Assembly (NCBI RefSeq): GCF_004010195.1
Contig: NC_057718.1
Coordinates: 84,979,968 to 85,012,814 of the forward strand
Direction of reading: 5' to 3'
DNA: 32,847 nt
DNA from: Chiloscyllium plagiosum
Lineage: Eukaryota
Shown: positions 1 through 12,559 of the stretch, in pieces
Layout of the letters: every line of letters begins with the position of its first letter
Numbering within the stretch: position 1 is the first letter of the stretch
Notes under the pieces: generated by a model
Seen by the model: the letters and a program-made list of their open reading frames with translations, nothing else
What the model was told of the DNA's origin: nothing
Database searches by the model: none
Translations under genes and position numbers: made by a program

Positions 1-392
1 GCATTTTCATGTCTCAACTCTGCCTAGATGTTATCTGTCACCAGATTTATTGCAACTGAAATGTCTCAGTTTCCAATTGTTTCCAATTTTCAAAGTTTTA
101 AAGTCAGCAGCAAATTTACGTAGATTCTTCCAGATGTCTAGAATTGCATGAAGACTCTTTCCTATTTTATCATAGTTGATTTCTCAAACCTGCTTAATTA
201 GTTAATTGTGTTTAGCAGCTCAACAAAAACAAATGTTGAATCCTGATTTTTTTGGGCAGAGTGATTAAAGTTGAATTCTACAGAGAACAACAGATACAAT
301 TTCTGATCAGAGAAGCAATTGAGCATTAGCAGGGAACATAACACTACATTTGCCTGATTGATCTACACGAAACCAGCAGGCTACCTGCCTTT

Positions 393-529
393 GGGAGGCA
401 GTAGTGTAGTTGTAATGGTAGTGGATTAGTAATCCAGAAATCTGGTTAAATGTGCTGGCCTCGTGGGAATTGAATCTCACCATGGGAATTGGTGAAATTT
501 GAAATCTGTTAAGAATTTGGAATAAAATG
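393..529 (+). mobile_element. tRNA-derived SINE, 5' part (split by two later insertions)
   Basis: Degenerate A-box/anticodon/B-box head (gtagtgtagttgtaatgg...ggattagtaatccaga...gaattgaatctcacc). Continues at 1109-1175 and 2995-3124. A reverse copy of the family lies at about 18535-18704. Confidence 0.7.
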
Positions 530-1108
530 TATTATGGACTAGGCCAGACTACTCAAAGCATTCTTAACCAGGCAGCCCAGACCATAACTTGGCAATTTGT
601 TTTGGTAAGTGTACAGTGAAAATTACCCAGATTAAGTTAGCTAGGTTGACTACCAGATTTTAAAACAGACAAAAATGTGGTTACAAAATTATGCAATGAA
701 GCACAAAGAACAGAATAAGGAACCCCAAAAGAAATCAGCCTATCCAAACTGGACTTAATTCTGCTGTTCCCAAATATACATCCCCGATAAGTAAGCCCCC
801 ATATAAAAAAAAACAGTAAATATGGAACAAATGCTTACAGGTTGAAGTTAAAAGGGCAGAAGGAGAGAGTGAGCCTGTTTCCACACAGCTGGACTGAACT
901 GCTCAGCTAGAGAACTGACCATTCCCCTTTCATTATACAGATCACTTCTAAAACATGATCACTTTGGCCTGAAGTCACATCCGTTTACATATAAACAAAG
1001 ATGCCCAAGTCTAATCAGGACCAGGAGCTGTCTATGATTCCTCTGAAAACCAAAGAGACAGTATCCTTGAGAAAAGCCTTTAGAAAACAAGGGACCAGCT
1101 TAGTGACA
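530..1108. mobile_element. Solo-LTR-like element (579 bp) inserted in the SINE
   Basis: Ends tattat... / ...gtgaca (a decayed TGTYAY...RTRACA inverted terminus), flanked by the 4-bp duplication AATG (526-529 and 1109-1112). The SINE resumes immediately after it. No coding capacity. Confidence 0.65.
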
Positions 1109-1175
1109 AATGTTAGCTAATGGTAACAAAGTAACCACTATTGATTTGGTTTTTTTGGGTTATTAGCATCCTTTT
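1109..1175 (+). mobile_element. tRNA-derived SINE, middle part
   Basis: aatgttagctaatggtaac...tagcatcctttt continues the SINE between the LTR and the CR1. Confidence 0.55.
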
Positions 1176-2994
1176 AGAGACATAGAGTCGTACATATCTC
1201 AGCAAGAGGCTCAGCAATCACTTCTCTAGCTTCCCACAGAGTTCTCGGGTGCACCTGATCAGGTCCTGGGGATTTATCCAGCTTTAACCGTTTTAAGACA
1301 TCCAGCACTTCCTCTCTGTAATCTGGACATTTTGCAAGATGTCACCATCTATTTCCCTACAGTCTATATCTTCCATATCCTTTTCCACAGTAAATACTAA
1401 TGCAAAATATTCATTTAGTATCTCCCCCATTTTCTGTGGCTCCACACAAAGGCCGCCTTGCTGATCTTTGAGGGGCCCTATTCTCTCTCTAGTTACCCTT
1501 TTGTCCTTAATATATTTGTAAAAACCCTTTGGATTCTCCTTAATTCTATTTGCCAAAGCTATCTCATGTCCCCGTTTTGCCCTCCTGATTTCCTTCTTAA
1601 GTATACTCCTAGTTTCTTTATACTCTTCTACGGATTCACTCGATCTATCCTATCTATACCTGACATATGCTTCCTTCTTTTTCTCAACCAAACCCTCAAT
1701 TTCTTTAGTCATCCAGCATTCCCTATAACCTACCAGCCTTCCCTTTCCCCTGACAGGAATATACTTTCTCTGGATTCTTGTTATCTCATTTCTGAAGGCT
1801 TTCCATTTTCCAGCTGTCCCTTTACCTGCGAACATCTGCCTCCAATCAGCTTTTGAAAGTTCTTGCCTAATACCATCAAAATTGGAATTCTCCAGTTTAG
1901 AACTTCAGCTATTAGATTTGGTCTGTCCTTTTCCATCACTATTTTAAAACGAATAAAATTATGGTCGCTGGCCCCAATGTGCTGCTCCACTGACACCTCA
2001 GTCACCTGCCCTGCCTTCTTTCCCAAGAGTAGGTCAAGTTTTGCGCCTTTTCTAGTAGGTACATCCACATACTGAATCAGAAAATTGTCTTGTACACACT
2101 TAAGAAATTCCTCTCCAACTAAACCCTTAACACTATGGCAGTCCCAGTCGATGTTTGGAAGTTAAAATCTCCTACCATAACTGCCCTATTATTCTTACAG
2201 ATAGCTGAGATCTCCTTACAAGTTTGTTTCTCAATTTCCCTCTGCGCCCTCTCTGAGACATCCTTGATCCTGGCACCAGGGAAACAACACACATTCAGCT
2301 TTTTCTCTGCTGGCCACAGAAATGTCTGTCTGTACCTCTGGCTACAGAATCCCCTAACACATTTGATCTATTGGAAGCCGACGTATCCCTTGTTGCATTA
2401 GAGCCAATCTCAATATCAGAAACTTGGCTGTTCGTGCTACATTCCCCTGAGAATCCATCACCCCCTACAATTTCCAAAACCGCATACCTGTTTGAAATGG
2501 GTATATCCACAAAAGACTCCTGCACTAGCTACCTACCTCTCTCACCCTTCCTGGAGTTAACCCATCTATGTGATTGTATCTGAGACTTTCTCCCCTTCCT
2601 ATAACTGCCATCCATCACCTACTGTTGCTATTGCAAATTCCTCATCGCTTCTATCTATCTCTCCAACCGATCCACTCGATCTGATAAGATTCGCATCCAA
2701 CAGCATTTATGGCAGATATAATCCGCAGTAACCCTTAAATTCTCTTTAAACTCCCACTTCTGACAAGAAGTACATATCACTGCACAGGCCATATTTGCTC
2801 CTTCACAATCTACAGACCCCGAAAATAACACCGTCTTATTCCTCTACAAACACTGCCCCAGGTTAAATTAATAGCAATGGCTTATATTTTAAGTTTAATC
2901 CAGAGACCTATCTCCAAAAACATATAATCAAGAAAGAATCCACTATACTCACTACTGCAGCCTTTCTCTTGGACAGACTTAAAACAACAATTAA
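1176..2994 (-). mobile_element. CR1-clade LINE, internally deleted: 5'UTR, ORF1 (SGNH esterase part), ORF2 endonuclease/linker, 3' tail
   Basis: Minus-strand peptides LGDSVARGTD and FPGARIKDVSER (ORF1 esterase); MVGDFNF, PTRKGAKLDLLL and SDHNFIRF (APE endonuclease); KENPKGFYKYIK. The CR1 3' tail (rc catagagtcgtaca) is at 1181-1194. Possible TSD ctttt (1171-1175 / 2995-2999). Confidence 0.92.
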
Positions 2995-3124
2995 CTTTTC
3001 ATGAAAGAAATCTGCCGTACTTCAACATGTGACTCCAGACCACCAGCCACATGGATGCTTCTTACATGCCTATGGGCAATAAAGACTGACCCAGTCAGTA
3101 ATGTCCACATCCCATAAATGAAAA
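2995..3124 (+). mobile_element. tRNA-derived SINE, 3' part
   Basis: gaaatctgcc...atgtgactccagacc...gggcaataaa...cacatcccataaatgaaaa. The tail resembles the 3' end of the LINE at 21535 (rc attcattcatgggatg...tttattgccc). Confidence 0.65.
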
Positions 3125-3394
3125 TAGTCTCATGGTCCTCATAACCTAATCCAAACCAAGACTTCCAGTCAGTGACTGGAACTTCCTAATGCTGATTCCT
3201 ACATTCTAACCAGAGTACCTTTACCAGGATTAATTGTCTGAACTTTAACTACAGTACTGGCTCAAATTTGCTAAGATTTCTAAGAAATGTTAGGATTTGC
3301 TAAGAATGCCCTTCCCTTATTCTCTTCATTCTTTCTATCCAAGCACAGTACCAACAGCTGCCAAGAGGAGAATCCACACTTTTATTGAAGAGAA

Positions 3395-5505
3395 TAAGGA
3401 GATTTGGGGCGTTCTTAAGAGTGAAATCAGGAGAGCTACAAGGGGATATGAGATAGCCTTGGCAGATAATGTTAAGGATAATCCAAAGAGATTCTACAAG
3501 TACATTATGAGCAAACGAGTACGGGAGAAAATAGGACCCCTTCAAGGTCAATAAAGTTATCAATGTATGGAACCACAGGACATTGGAAAGATACTAAATT
3601 AATATTTTGTCAGTATTTACTGTGGAGAAAGACATGAAGGCTAGGGAACTTGGGGAAATAAACATTGATGCCTTATCAGTCCATATTGCAGAAGATGTGG
3701 TTCTGGAGGCCTTACAAAAAAATGGATAGATCTCCAGGCCCTGATTTAGGTGTATCCTAGGACATTGTGGGAAGCAAGGGAAGAAAGTGTGGGACCTCTA
3801 GCAGAGATATTAGTATCATCTACAGCTGCGGGTGAGGTGCCAGCGGGCTGAAGGGTAGCTAACTTTGTGCCTTTATCTAAGGCTGTGAGGAAAAACCTGG
3901 CAACTTTTGACTGGTGAGTCTGATACCGGTGGTGGGTAGGTTGTTGGAGGTGATTCTGAGAAAGAGGATTTATGTGCATTTTGAGAGTCAAAGATTGACT
4001 TAAGGATCATCAGCATGACTTTGTATGTGGGAAATTGTCTCTCACAAACTTAATTGAGTTTTTTGAGGAAGTAACCAAGAAGCTTGAGGGAAATGCAGTG
4101 GACATTGTTTACTTGGACTTCTAGTAATGCCTTTGACAAGGTTCTGCATGGTAGACTATTTAAGTTAGATCACATGGGTTAAGGGGTGAGCTTGCCAATT
4201 GGATATGAAATTGGCTTCATACTAGAGTCCTAAAGATGTACAACATGGAAACAGACCCTTCCGTCCAACTTGTCTACGCTGACCAGATATCCTAAATTAA
4301 TCTAGTCCCATTTGCTAGCACTTGGCCCATATTCCTCGAAACCCTTCCTATTCATGTACCCATTCAGATACCTTTTAATTGTTGTATAAGTGCCTCCTCC
4401 ACTTCCTCTAACAGCTTGTTCCATACACACACCACCCTCTGTGAAAAAGTTGCCCCTTGGGTCCCTGTTTAATTCTTTCCCCTCACCTTTGGAGACAGAG
4501 GGTGGTGGTAGAGGTTTGTTTTTCAGATTGGAGGCCTATGATCAGTGGTGTACCACATTGACCAGTGCTGGGTCCACTGGTGTTGGTTATTTATATGAAT
4601 AATTTGGTTGAGACTTTAGGAAGCATGATTAGTAAGTTTATGGATAACACCAAAATTGGTGGTATAGTGGACAAGTGAAGATGGTTTTCTAAGATTATAG
4701 AGGCATCTTGATCAATTGGGTCAATGTTCTAAGGAGTGGCAGATGGATAAATGAGATGTTGCACTTTAAGACATACAAGGGCAGGATTTATACACTTAAT
4801 AGTAGGACCCTGGGGAGTGTTGTTGAACAGAGACCGAAGTTTGCAGATACATAGTTCTTTGAACGTTGCTTCACAGGTAGACAGCATCTTTAAGAAGGCA
4901 TTCGCACGCTTGCCTTCATTGCTCAAACCACTGAGTATAGGAGTTGGGATGTCACGTTGAGGTTGTACACCATGTTGGTGAGGCCATTTTTGGAGTACTG
5001 CGTGCAGTTCTGGTTACCCTGCTATAGGGAGAATATTAAATTGGAGAAGGTACAGAAAAAAATTTCAATTATGTTATGAGGAGTGGAGGGCTTGAGTTAT
5101 AAGGAGATGCTGGTTAGGCTGGGATTATTTTCTCTGGAGCATAGGAAGGTGAAGGGTGACCTTTATAAAAAAAATGTTGAAATCAAGAGGTGCATGGATA
5201 GGGTGAATAGCTAAGGCCTTTTCCTCGGTTAGAGGAGTTCAAAACTAGAAGGCACATCTTTTAAGGTGAGAGGATAAAGTTCTCTTTTAAATGTTTTGTA
5301 TGTGCAATAAACTGCCAGAGGAAATGGTAGATGCAGGTACTGTTACAACACCTAAAAGACATTTGGATTAGTACATTAATAGGAAAGGTTTAGAGGTATG
5401 TATTTACGGATATAACACAGGCAACTGGGGCTAGTTTTGTTTGGGAAACTTGGTCAGCATGGGTCACTTGAATTGAATAGTCTACTTCTGTGCTGTGTAA
5501 CTCTG
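3395..5505 (+). mobile_element. CR1-clade LINE, 5'-truncated (ORF2 RT to 3'UTR), decayed
   Basis: KDNPKRFYKYI, SPGPD, CLTNLIEFFEEV, VYLDF..AFDKV, a decayed FADDTK (tttatggataacaccaaa), RPFLEYCVQFW and a CR1 3'UTR; many stops and frameshifts. Confidence 0.92.
4221..4490 (-). mobile_element. CR1 3'-end fragment nested in opposite orientation inside the 3395-5505 CR1
   Basis: agatgtacaacatggaaacagaccc...tctttcccctcacc closely matches 31132-31397. The host LINE reads through on both sides (aaattggctt | ggagacagagggtgg). Confidence 0.88.
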
Positions 5506-6429
5506 AATGCCTCATTGGATCAGCTAACTCTGTTTTGCACATTTTTATGAGAGTTATCACTCATTCCTGTACATGTCTGCTGTGGAGAGTGCCAGCTTCT
5601 TTACCCCCAAAGCAAGTTATTAATTGATTTGGATTAGGCTATTAGAAGGATTCTCCAAATTACACTTCCCCTAAAAATATTAAGATGGCTAACAGTCCTA
5701 ACTGGAATTTCATTTATACCTTGTTTGTTTGTGGATTTTTTTCCAAACCCAATTTGCATTATGAATTTGTCCAGATAGTGGCCAGTAGCTGTGATTTGTT
5801 TTTCATCTTTTTTAAACTTCTGTTTGTAGGAGCCTGTTTTCTTTTTTGAAACAGGATATCGGGAATAGACAATTATTGCTGGCCTAGCATGTGATATTCA
5901 AACTTTGAATACTTTAACAAAGAAAGAGGATCTTTCGGGCCTAAACTGCCTTGAAATGTAATTTTTAAAGAATTGCACATGATCAGAGAAATTAACCTAG
6001 TGTCTATAAATGAGGTCCCATGAATCATCCTGTACCTCTCCTATACCTCAGTAACTGGCATTTTTCTTTGAAGTGGTGTTATACATTTTTTTGTAGAAAT
6101 GAGTAACTGGATGACATTGAAAAAGATGTTTAAACTGTGTTCTTGTTTTTATACACATTCTTTTTGTTAAATTGCTTAATTTGTTAGTAAGCATTCATTT
6201 TGTATGATGGTCCTGATTGTGTTCTAAGGTGATGACCCTGAGGAATATTAACTTTGAAGTTTTATTAAATGATGTCCTTTTGTTTTTCACATTTTAATCG
6301 AAACTAGCCTACATTATGTTTTTTTTAATTGAAAATGCCACACCAGTAAATTAAACACCATGAAATCCAACTCGGGAAAATTATTCTCTTAGAAATTTAT
6401 TCTAATTTTCCTTTTGTGTTTATCTGCAG

Positions 6430-6460
6430 GGGTGGGGATCACAGGGTTCAGCTATATAAG
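6430..6460 (+). CDS. ABHD12: ABHD12 (lysophosphatidylserine lipase, alpha/beta-hydrolase) internal coding exon, 31 nt: (R)GGDHRVQLYK
   Basis: Branch-like ttctaat (6400-6406), polypyrimidine tract and tgcAG acceptor (6428-6429), then G GGT GGG GAT CAC AGG GTT CAG CTA TAT AAG and a GTagga donor. The peptide matches vertebrate ABHD12 RGGDHRVELYK as I recall it, and it joins in phase 0 to the next exon. Confidence 0.93.
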
Positions 6461-7540
6461 GTAGGAGGTTTTAAAATTAATATTATGGGGGTGGAGGAAT
6501 ATTATTAATATAAAATGCAACTTTAGTTTTCAAAAAAAAAACTGAGTATATTAAGCTATTCCTGGTAATCCTTGTGTTCTACTCCATTTGAATATCTTAG
6601 GGTTAACTTCTTAACAAATTCTCGTTAGAATGAATGTTTTCAGTGGTGCTTTAAATCTGTTGTTCCAAGTTTTAGCTTAGATAATGGGCATCTGACAGAG
6701 TCTCAGCCATTTTTGTTCAGCATTTGAACATCAGCACCTTTTACAGTCATGCAAGCCATATTGCAGCACTAACTGTTGAAGTTTTGAAGAGCAATTACCT
6801 TTTGCATGTGACTGTATGACTGGTATTAATTACTAGGCCTATTTCAATTGAAATGCTTCCGCTTCAAGTTGCTTCCAGTATAAAATAACTTCTGGCAACT
6901 GGGAATGTTGCATGTTCTTCAGTATACTTTAACAGATACTCTAAAGGTACTCCTCATGGAACCATCCGTTGATCAAGATGGATTAGTAAGTCTTCCGCCT
7001 AGCCATATACAGATCTTGAAATGGAGTACATAATCCAGAAAATCCAAGATTTAGCCCTCTGCTGTTTTAGGTTCCAATTTCTTCATGAAATTGATTTTTT
7101 TAAAAAACCTTAGATATTTTGCTTTAACAAGTGATGAGACAGAATTTTGGGCATGATTAAATTTTGACTTCTCTTTTGCAATGAAACATATCCAGTTCAA
7201 TCTCACATATGGTGAAGGTTTTTAAAAATCAATGCCTAATGTCTGGCACTATTTTAATAATATGTTTTGTGGTTTTAGTGATGACATTAGATTTCAGCAG
7301 CCCTAATATTTTTATTTAGTGTGCATAGTCACTGAGCTAAGAAATAATCTTGTCATTGTTTAGATGGTGTTCTTGAACCCCACCTTCTGGTTTACTCAGT
7401 GAGTACTCCTCAACAGCGTTGTTTAAATTGCACCACAGCTGCGGCCGGTGGGGTAGCATAACAGAGGCATTGGCGTGTTTGCAAATTGTTCAATCATGCC
7501 AACTACTGTTGTAGGAGATTGAAATTGGGTGTACAAGTAG

Positions 7541-7765
7541 GTGAGTCAAAAAAAGTTGTGCTGGAAAAGCACAGCTGGTCAGGCAGCATCCAAGGAGCAG
7601 GAGAGTTAATGTTTCGAGCATAAGCTCTTCATCAGAGATTCCTGATGAGCTTATGCTCGAAATTTGACAAAAACTCCTTGGATGCTGCCTGACCGTCTGT
7701 GCTTTTCCAGCACCACACTTTTATTTTGACTCTGATCTCCAGCATCTGCAATCTTCACTTTCTCC
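7541..7765. mobile_element. Penelope-like (PLE) inverted pseudo-LTR mini-element (fold-back plus 3' tail) with two decayed hammerhead cores
   Basis: Arms of about 90 bp (gtgctggaaaagcacag..gcagcatccaaggag..tttcgagcataagctc..atcag / ctgatgagcttatgctcgaaa..ctccttggatgctgc..ctgtgcttttccagcac) plus the tail ccagcatctgcaatcttcactttctc, which is the reverse complement of the PLE end at 19097-19130. Possible degenerate TSD tgtacaagtag/tgtacatggag. Confidence 0.85.
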
Positions 7766-7789
7766 TGTACATGGAGTTGAGTCTAAAAA

Positions 7790-9868
7790 TCAAGAAGTGC
7801 TTCCTGATGGATGTTTTCTCCTATGCTGTCTGCCATAGATCCTTAGTTAGTGTGGTGGGTTTAGCTATCTGTGTGGTATATAAGTTCTTCGTGTTCAAAG
7901 GTGTTCAGAAGAAAGGCATGCAGAGCTGTGTCAAGGACGATCTTAAGGAAAAGCCAGCAAGTCTCAGACATTGCCTCAAAGGCCTCCAAGATTATGGATT
8001 ATGGAGCAGGATGAGATGTGCTTGCATTTCTTCTTCCAGAGCATGCACAGGGAGAGCTTGGTAATCAACTGCCTAAAGAAAGAAGGTGGTTCGGTAACAT
8101 CGTCTGGATCTGACATCCTGCAGATGTATGGCTGCCCAGTCATTCCTGTCCTCTATTGTGGAGGCCTTTGATGGCAGCACGAGAGAGAAGCTGGTCTAGC
8201 CACTTTCTGTAGATGAGCTAATCTTAAGTGTCCTCTTGAAACAAAAAAGTCCCAAAAGTAATGGCTTACCAGCTGAGTTGTATTCAGCTTTATGGGATTT
8301 GATTGACGAGAACCTGCTGCAGGTGTACAACAGTATGCTTCTGGCTGGTAGCATGTGTAAATCTGTGTGGAAAAGTATCATCACCCTCTTCAAATAGAAG
8401 GGGGAGAGGGAGGGAATTAGTGACCAATTTCACTGTTGAATGTGGATTATAAAATCATGACCTAAGGTCATTGCCAACCAGGTGAGGTTGACCAAACTTT
8501 GACCAAACTTGTGCTCTTCCAGTCAGCGGAGGCCAACATGTCAAAGCCTCCCTGTACATGGATGACATCACCATTTCTGCTCTGATTTGCTGTCTATATG
8601 CAGACTCATGAACATCTGCAACCAGTTCAAGGCCAGTGGTCTGAGCCCACCACCCCCCAGCACTGCTCCCTCTCCATTGCAGGTAACAAAAACCTGCTCA
8701 TCAGGGGTGAGATAGTCTGTTGTTGTATGTTGTGAAGGTCTAGCCTATTCCCCAAGGCGGCAGCACTGCAGTTATCCAAGCCATCTTTCACTTCATCTGG
8801 ATGTCAAAGATGGACTGTATCTACAAGGGCACCCTGTGCAAATCTCTGGGTATGTTCTTCCCCCATTTATCCAATGTCACCTTTCTCCTGATGGCCAACT
8901 ATGTGTGGCCAAATCAAGCTATCGACACTCAGTATGCAAACACCAAGTGTCACTATGTTCTACGTGTCCCCAGTGTTGCAAAGGATGAGCCTGGCCTCAT
9001 TGCCACAGAACAGTTGTACCATCCCTTATCACCTGTCCCTCTTGGAAAAATTTGTAAAGCGAAGCACGTTTGACCACATGTCCATTAGGCATTGGTCAGC
9101 ATGTAGCATCATTAAGACCTGATGGGGAAAGGAGAGGGTTGATTCTGTTGGTGGTTCCCTGAGCAAACTCAAAATCATTTGGTAGAATGACTCTTCTCCA
9201 GTTCTTTCCAACAAGCACCAAGACATAGTTGGTTGTGAGAAGGTTACGACTTGTGCGATCCTCCATGTATGCCTGGACTCTGCTGCCACATGCTGTCCTT
9301 GAAGCAGCTGCAGGGGGAAGAAACTGTCACACATCATCTGGAGTATACCTTCATAAAGAAGTAATAGAGAGAGATGCAGTCGTTTTTGTTGAGATTTGTT
9401 CTGAGCAGCTCTGTGATCTAGGACTCTGCTCCACGCTGCCTCCCTGGGAGGCACACTGACATAATCATCGAATGTTCTGGAAGACCGTTAATTCTGTGAA
9501 AGATGCTGTTTGGTCTGCTGAAAGCGCACAGATCTTCCAGTGCAGCGCGTTAACTTCGACCAAGTGTTGTAGACTGGCACCTTCCAAGGACCTAGACTAC
9601 GTGCTGAGGATACACTAAAGCTTGGGACACCTGCCACCAAGGTGTAGTGGGGAAAGACCACTGTCTGAGGTCTTTGCCAAAGTCTAACAAGGATTTGTTC
9701 GGTTATCAGACTCTGCCTCAAATTTTTGTAAATAGTCTTGCGTGAGTCAAAAATGCATTTAGCTTTTGCAACTGCAGGGAATGCAAAGACTGTACAAACT
9801 TGCTTCAGTACCTGTATATGTGCATGAAGATTATTTTTATGTATTAAGTATATTTTTGCAATAAAATC
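7790..9868 (+). mobile_element. Tx1/L1-clade LINE ORF2 remnant with 3'UTR, decayed and internally deleted
   Basis: EQDEMCLHFFFQ, KSPKSNGLPAELYSALWD, SLLNVDYKI, SLYMDD (YMDD 8555-8566), a C-terminal C..C...ETVTH zinc-knuckle region and WGKTTV*, then an AT-rich 3' end with aataaa. Confidence 0.85.
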
Positions 9869-11149
9869 TGGGATGTCACATAGGAGTACTGCTAGTGGGT
9901 TGAGGAGCTCATTGAATAAGGGCACACTTGGTTCTATAGCTTTTTCCAGTAACTTGTCTGTTGGAAATATCCTCCTGATGTGAGAGATGGTGCATGTTGC
10001 AGAGGCTAGTGAACCACGGAGGTCAGTTGTTCAGAAGTACCTGAAATTGAGATCGAAGAAGGAACTGAATGTTGCCCGAAATGGCCAGGGACTGAAGCAG
10101 AATGGAACCCTGTTTATTTGGGTTTACCACTGACAGAATCCTCATGCACTGACAGCAGGCCCAACGGAAATACAGCTTAATAGAATTTAGAATTGGCTTT
10201 ATTGTCTCATGAACTTGAATGAGTGCAATGAAAAGTTGGCAATAGCATCATCTTAGGTACAAAATATCTAGGTATAGATACTTAAGTATTTGTTACAGAA
10301 TTGAAAGAATAATAAATACAGTCCAGCATTAGCATAAAAATGTTTTTAAAAGTACTCAAATTACATCCTTTTCAAATATGTGTTAGCTCCTAGCCTCCAG
10401 ATCGCACCGGGCTTCAAAACTTGAGGCTTTGCCTTCAGTCCGCAAGGGCCTTGCTTCCCTCATGCCAGTCTCCAGTCCAGAGCTCACTTCCCACATTGGC
10501 TTAATAAATTAGCAGCCCAAAGATCACTATATTTTTGATCAATCTGAATTGTATTGTGATGCAGTCTATGGTGAAAAATTTAAAATGGCATTGAAAAATT
10601 AACACTTGACAAAGTTAATTCGAAAGTATACATTTCACCTCCAGAATGCTCCTTACTGATGTTGATTCTGAACTATTGTAGATAAAACAAAAGTTTCAAT
10701 GCACTCTCTCCTCAGCACAAGGCCCAAACTAGTCAACATTTTGACAAAATAAGCAATAGATTGTTGTCTCAAAATAATCTTGTGCTAAAGGTATGTTGCA
10801 ATCCTCTTGTTTATGATAAACAATATTTTGTTTTTATTCACGTATTCAATTTTATACTGATGTGACTAATGATCAGACATTGGGAGTTGAAGAATCTATT
10901 CAGTAAAATTTCAAATCTGTATTTATTATAACTTTATGCGAATTAAAAGATATCTTGGGAAATGGATCTGTTTTTGAAGTTTGAGCATGTGATTCTCCAT
11001 GCTGTGGGTTAATGCATTTCTTTCTTTACAGTTGACAGGAGGAATTCTGTTCAGTTTCTGAATATTGTCATAAACAGAAAAGATATCACATTTTTTGGAT
11101 ATCACATTTTTCAGATTCACATTCCATGGTACGCATTAAAAGAGAAGCG

Positions 11150-11530
11150 AAGAGTTGTTTGTGTTTATGTAGCATATTTCATGATCTTCGGGTGTGCCAA
11201 ACCACTTTGCAGCTCATTAGATGCTTTTGAGGTGTGATTACTCTTCTGATGTGGGAAACTTATTGACCAATTTGTACACATCTGTAATAAGGAACAATAG
11301 TGCAATAATCAGCTAATCTGTACGTCATATTGATTTGAGGGATAAATGTTCACTGGTCACCCACGGAGAATTCCTAGCTGTTTGAGAAAGCAACATGAAA
11401 CATTGCTGAAAATGTCCAGGGTCTCTACTGTTTTGGAAATGTCAGTCTCGATCATCTGCTCAAATCTCTGAAATGGAACTTGAATCCGCAACTTTCTGAC
11501 TTGAGTAAAGAGTGCTACCTTAGCTGCAAC
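11150..11530 (-). mobile_element. Deu-domain SINE (SacSINE1/AmnSINE-like), decayed
   Basis: ttgagggataaatgtt...ggagaattcc core, and the reverse-complement tRNA head ggaacttgaatccgcaactttctgacttgag...agtgctacc. Similar to 29745-30130. Confidence 0.7.
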
Positions 11531-12559
11531 TAATACCAGATTAACACATGGTAGTGAATGCTCATCACTGAGTGATATACAATGTAACTTAAACAATGAA
11601 ACCAAACAAAATTAAGTGATGATTCAAAAGATCTAAAAATATTGGTATTGCTGTTGTCTTTCAAACACTATCAAATTATATCTGAAGAATAACACATTTC
11701 TAATCGAATTAGAGCTAAATACACTAGCAATACAGTCAGCTGCCTAGGCTGCAAATCCTGTCTAGGAAGCACTTATAGGTTTTAAAGTTGACACTTGGAG
11801 AAATGTTAATTGTGAAGCTTATGATTCAAAAAGCTTGGATCCAGGTTATCATACACAAATTTACTTGTGTGGATTTGAGTTCTTGTTTGAAGCGTAGAAT
11901 AAAACAAAGATCTGAGTAGGGTTTGTAGTGCATTTAGGTATATTTTAAAAATTATAAAATTTGAGCTGTGGCTGCAATTAGTCATGTAATATGTTGTGAT
12001 AATGGAAATCTAGCTCAAATGGTTAAATCTGGTAGTAAATATTCCTGGATGCAAGGTATCTTTTTAAGAAAGGAGAAGGAAGGGAAGTAAGAGGTGCTGC
12101 TCTAGGCTGCCATCTTGGTGCTACATTCAGTGGGCGTTGCTGCCACTTGGGTTGAATGAGCAGATCTAACCATCATGCCCAAGACTGTGATCAATTGTGT
12201 GACGCTGGTCTAACATGCAACCACAATCCATCACTCCGCTAATGGTTCTGGTCCCAAAAGTGAGAAATTGCAACTGATATGGTTTTGGCCACATTTCCAC
12301 CCTTGATAACAGTACTATAGCGTGATCCCTCAGAGAGTCTGGAAGAGACAGAGGATTAAACATATAATCAGAGCAGTGTTAGAATCGTAAGGCAGCAATA
12401 GGGAATTTTAGCTACCCAAGTATTAACTGAGATCATTTGTGTGCAAGATGGGGAGGGAACAAAATTTTTAAATTGCGACCAAGAGAACATTTTAGCTAAT
12501 CTGCAGCAAGATCCAGCAGAGGGGGATGCAGTTCTGGACCTAATATTCAAAATAATTCT

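Noticed and set aside
393..485. tRNA-like sequence
   Set aside because: Degenerate SINE head with no complete cloverleaf.
6203..6241. C/D-box-like words (atgatgg, ctga, gtgatga, ctga)
   Set aside because: Only about 40 nt with no terminal stem or room for guide sequences; too short for a snoRNA.
7541..7765. Hairpins as DNA-transposon MITEs or pre-miRNAs
   Set aside because: The asymmetric tail, long variable TSDs in related copies and identity to PLE termini indicate a Penelope origin; there is no evidence for a miRNA.
10180..10500. Possible reverse-oriented retroposon tail (tagaatttagaattggctttattgtc..)
   Set aside because: Looks repeat-derived, but I cannot assign a family or boundaries from the sequence alone.
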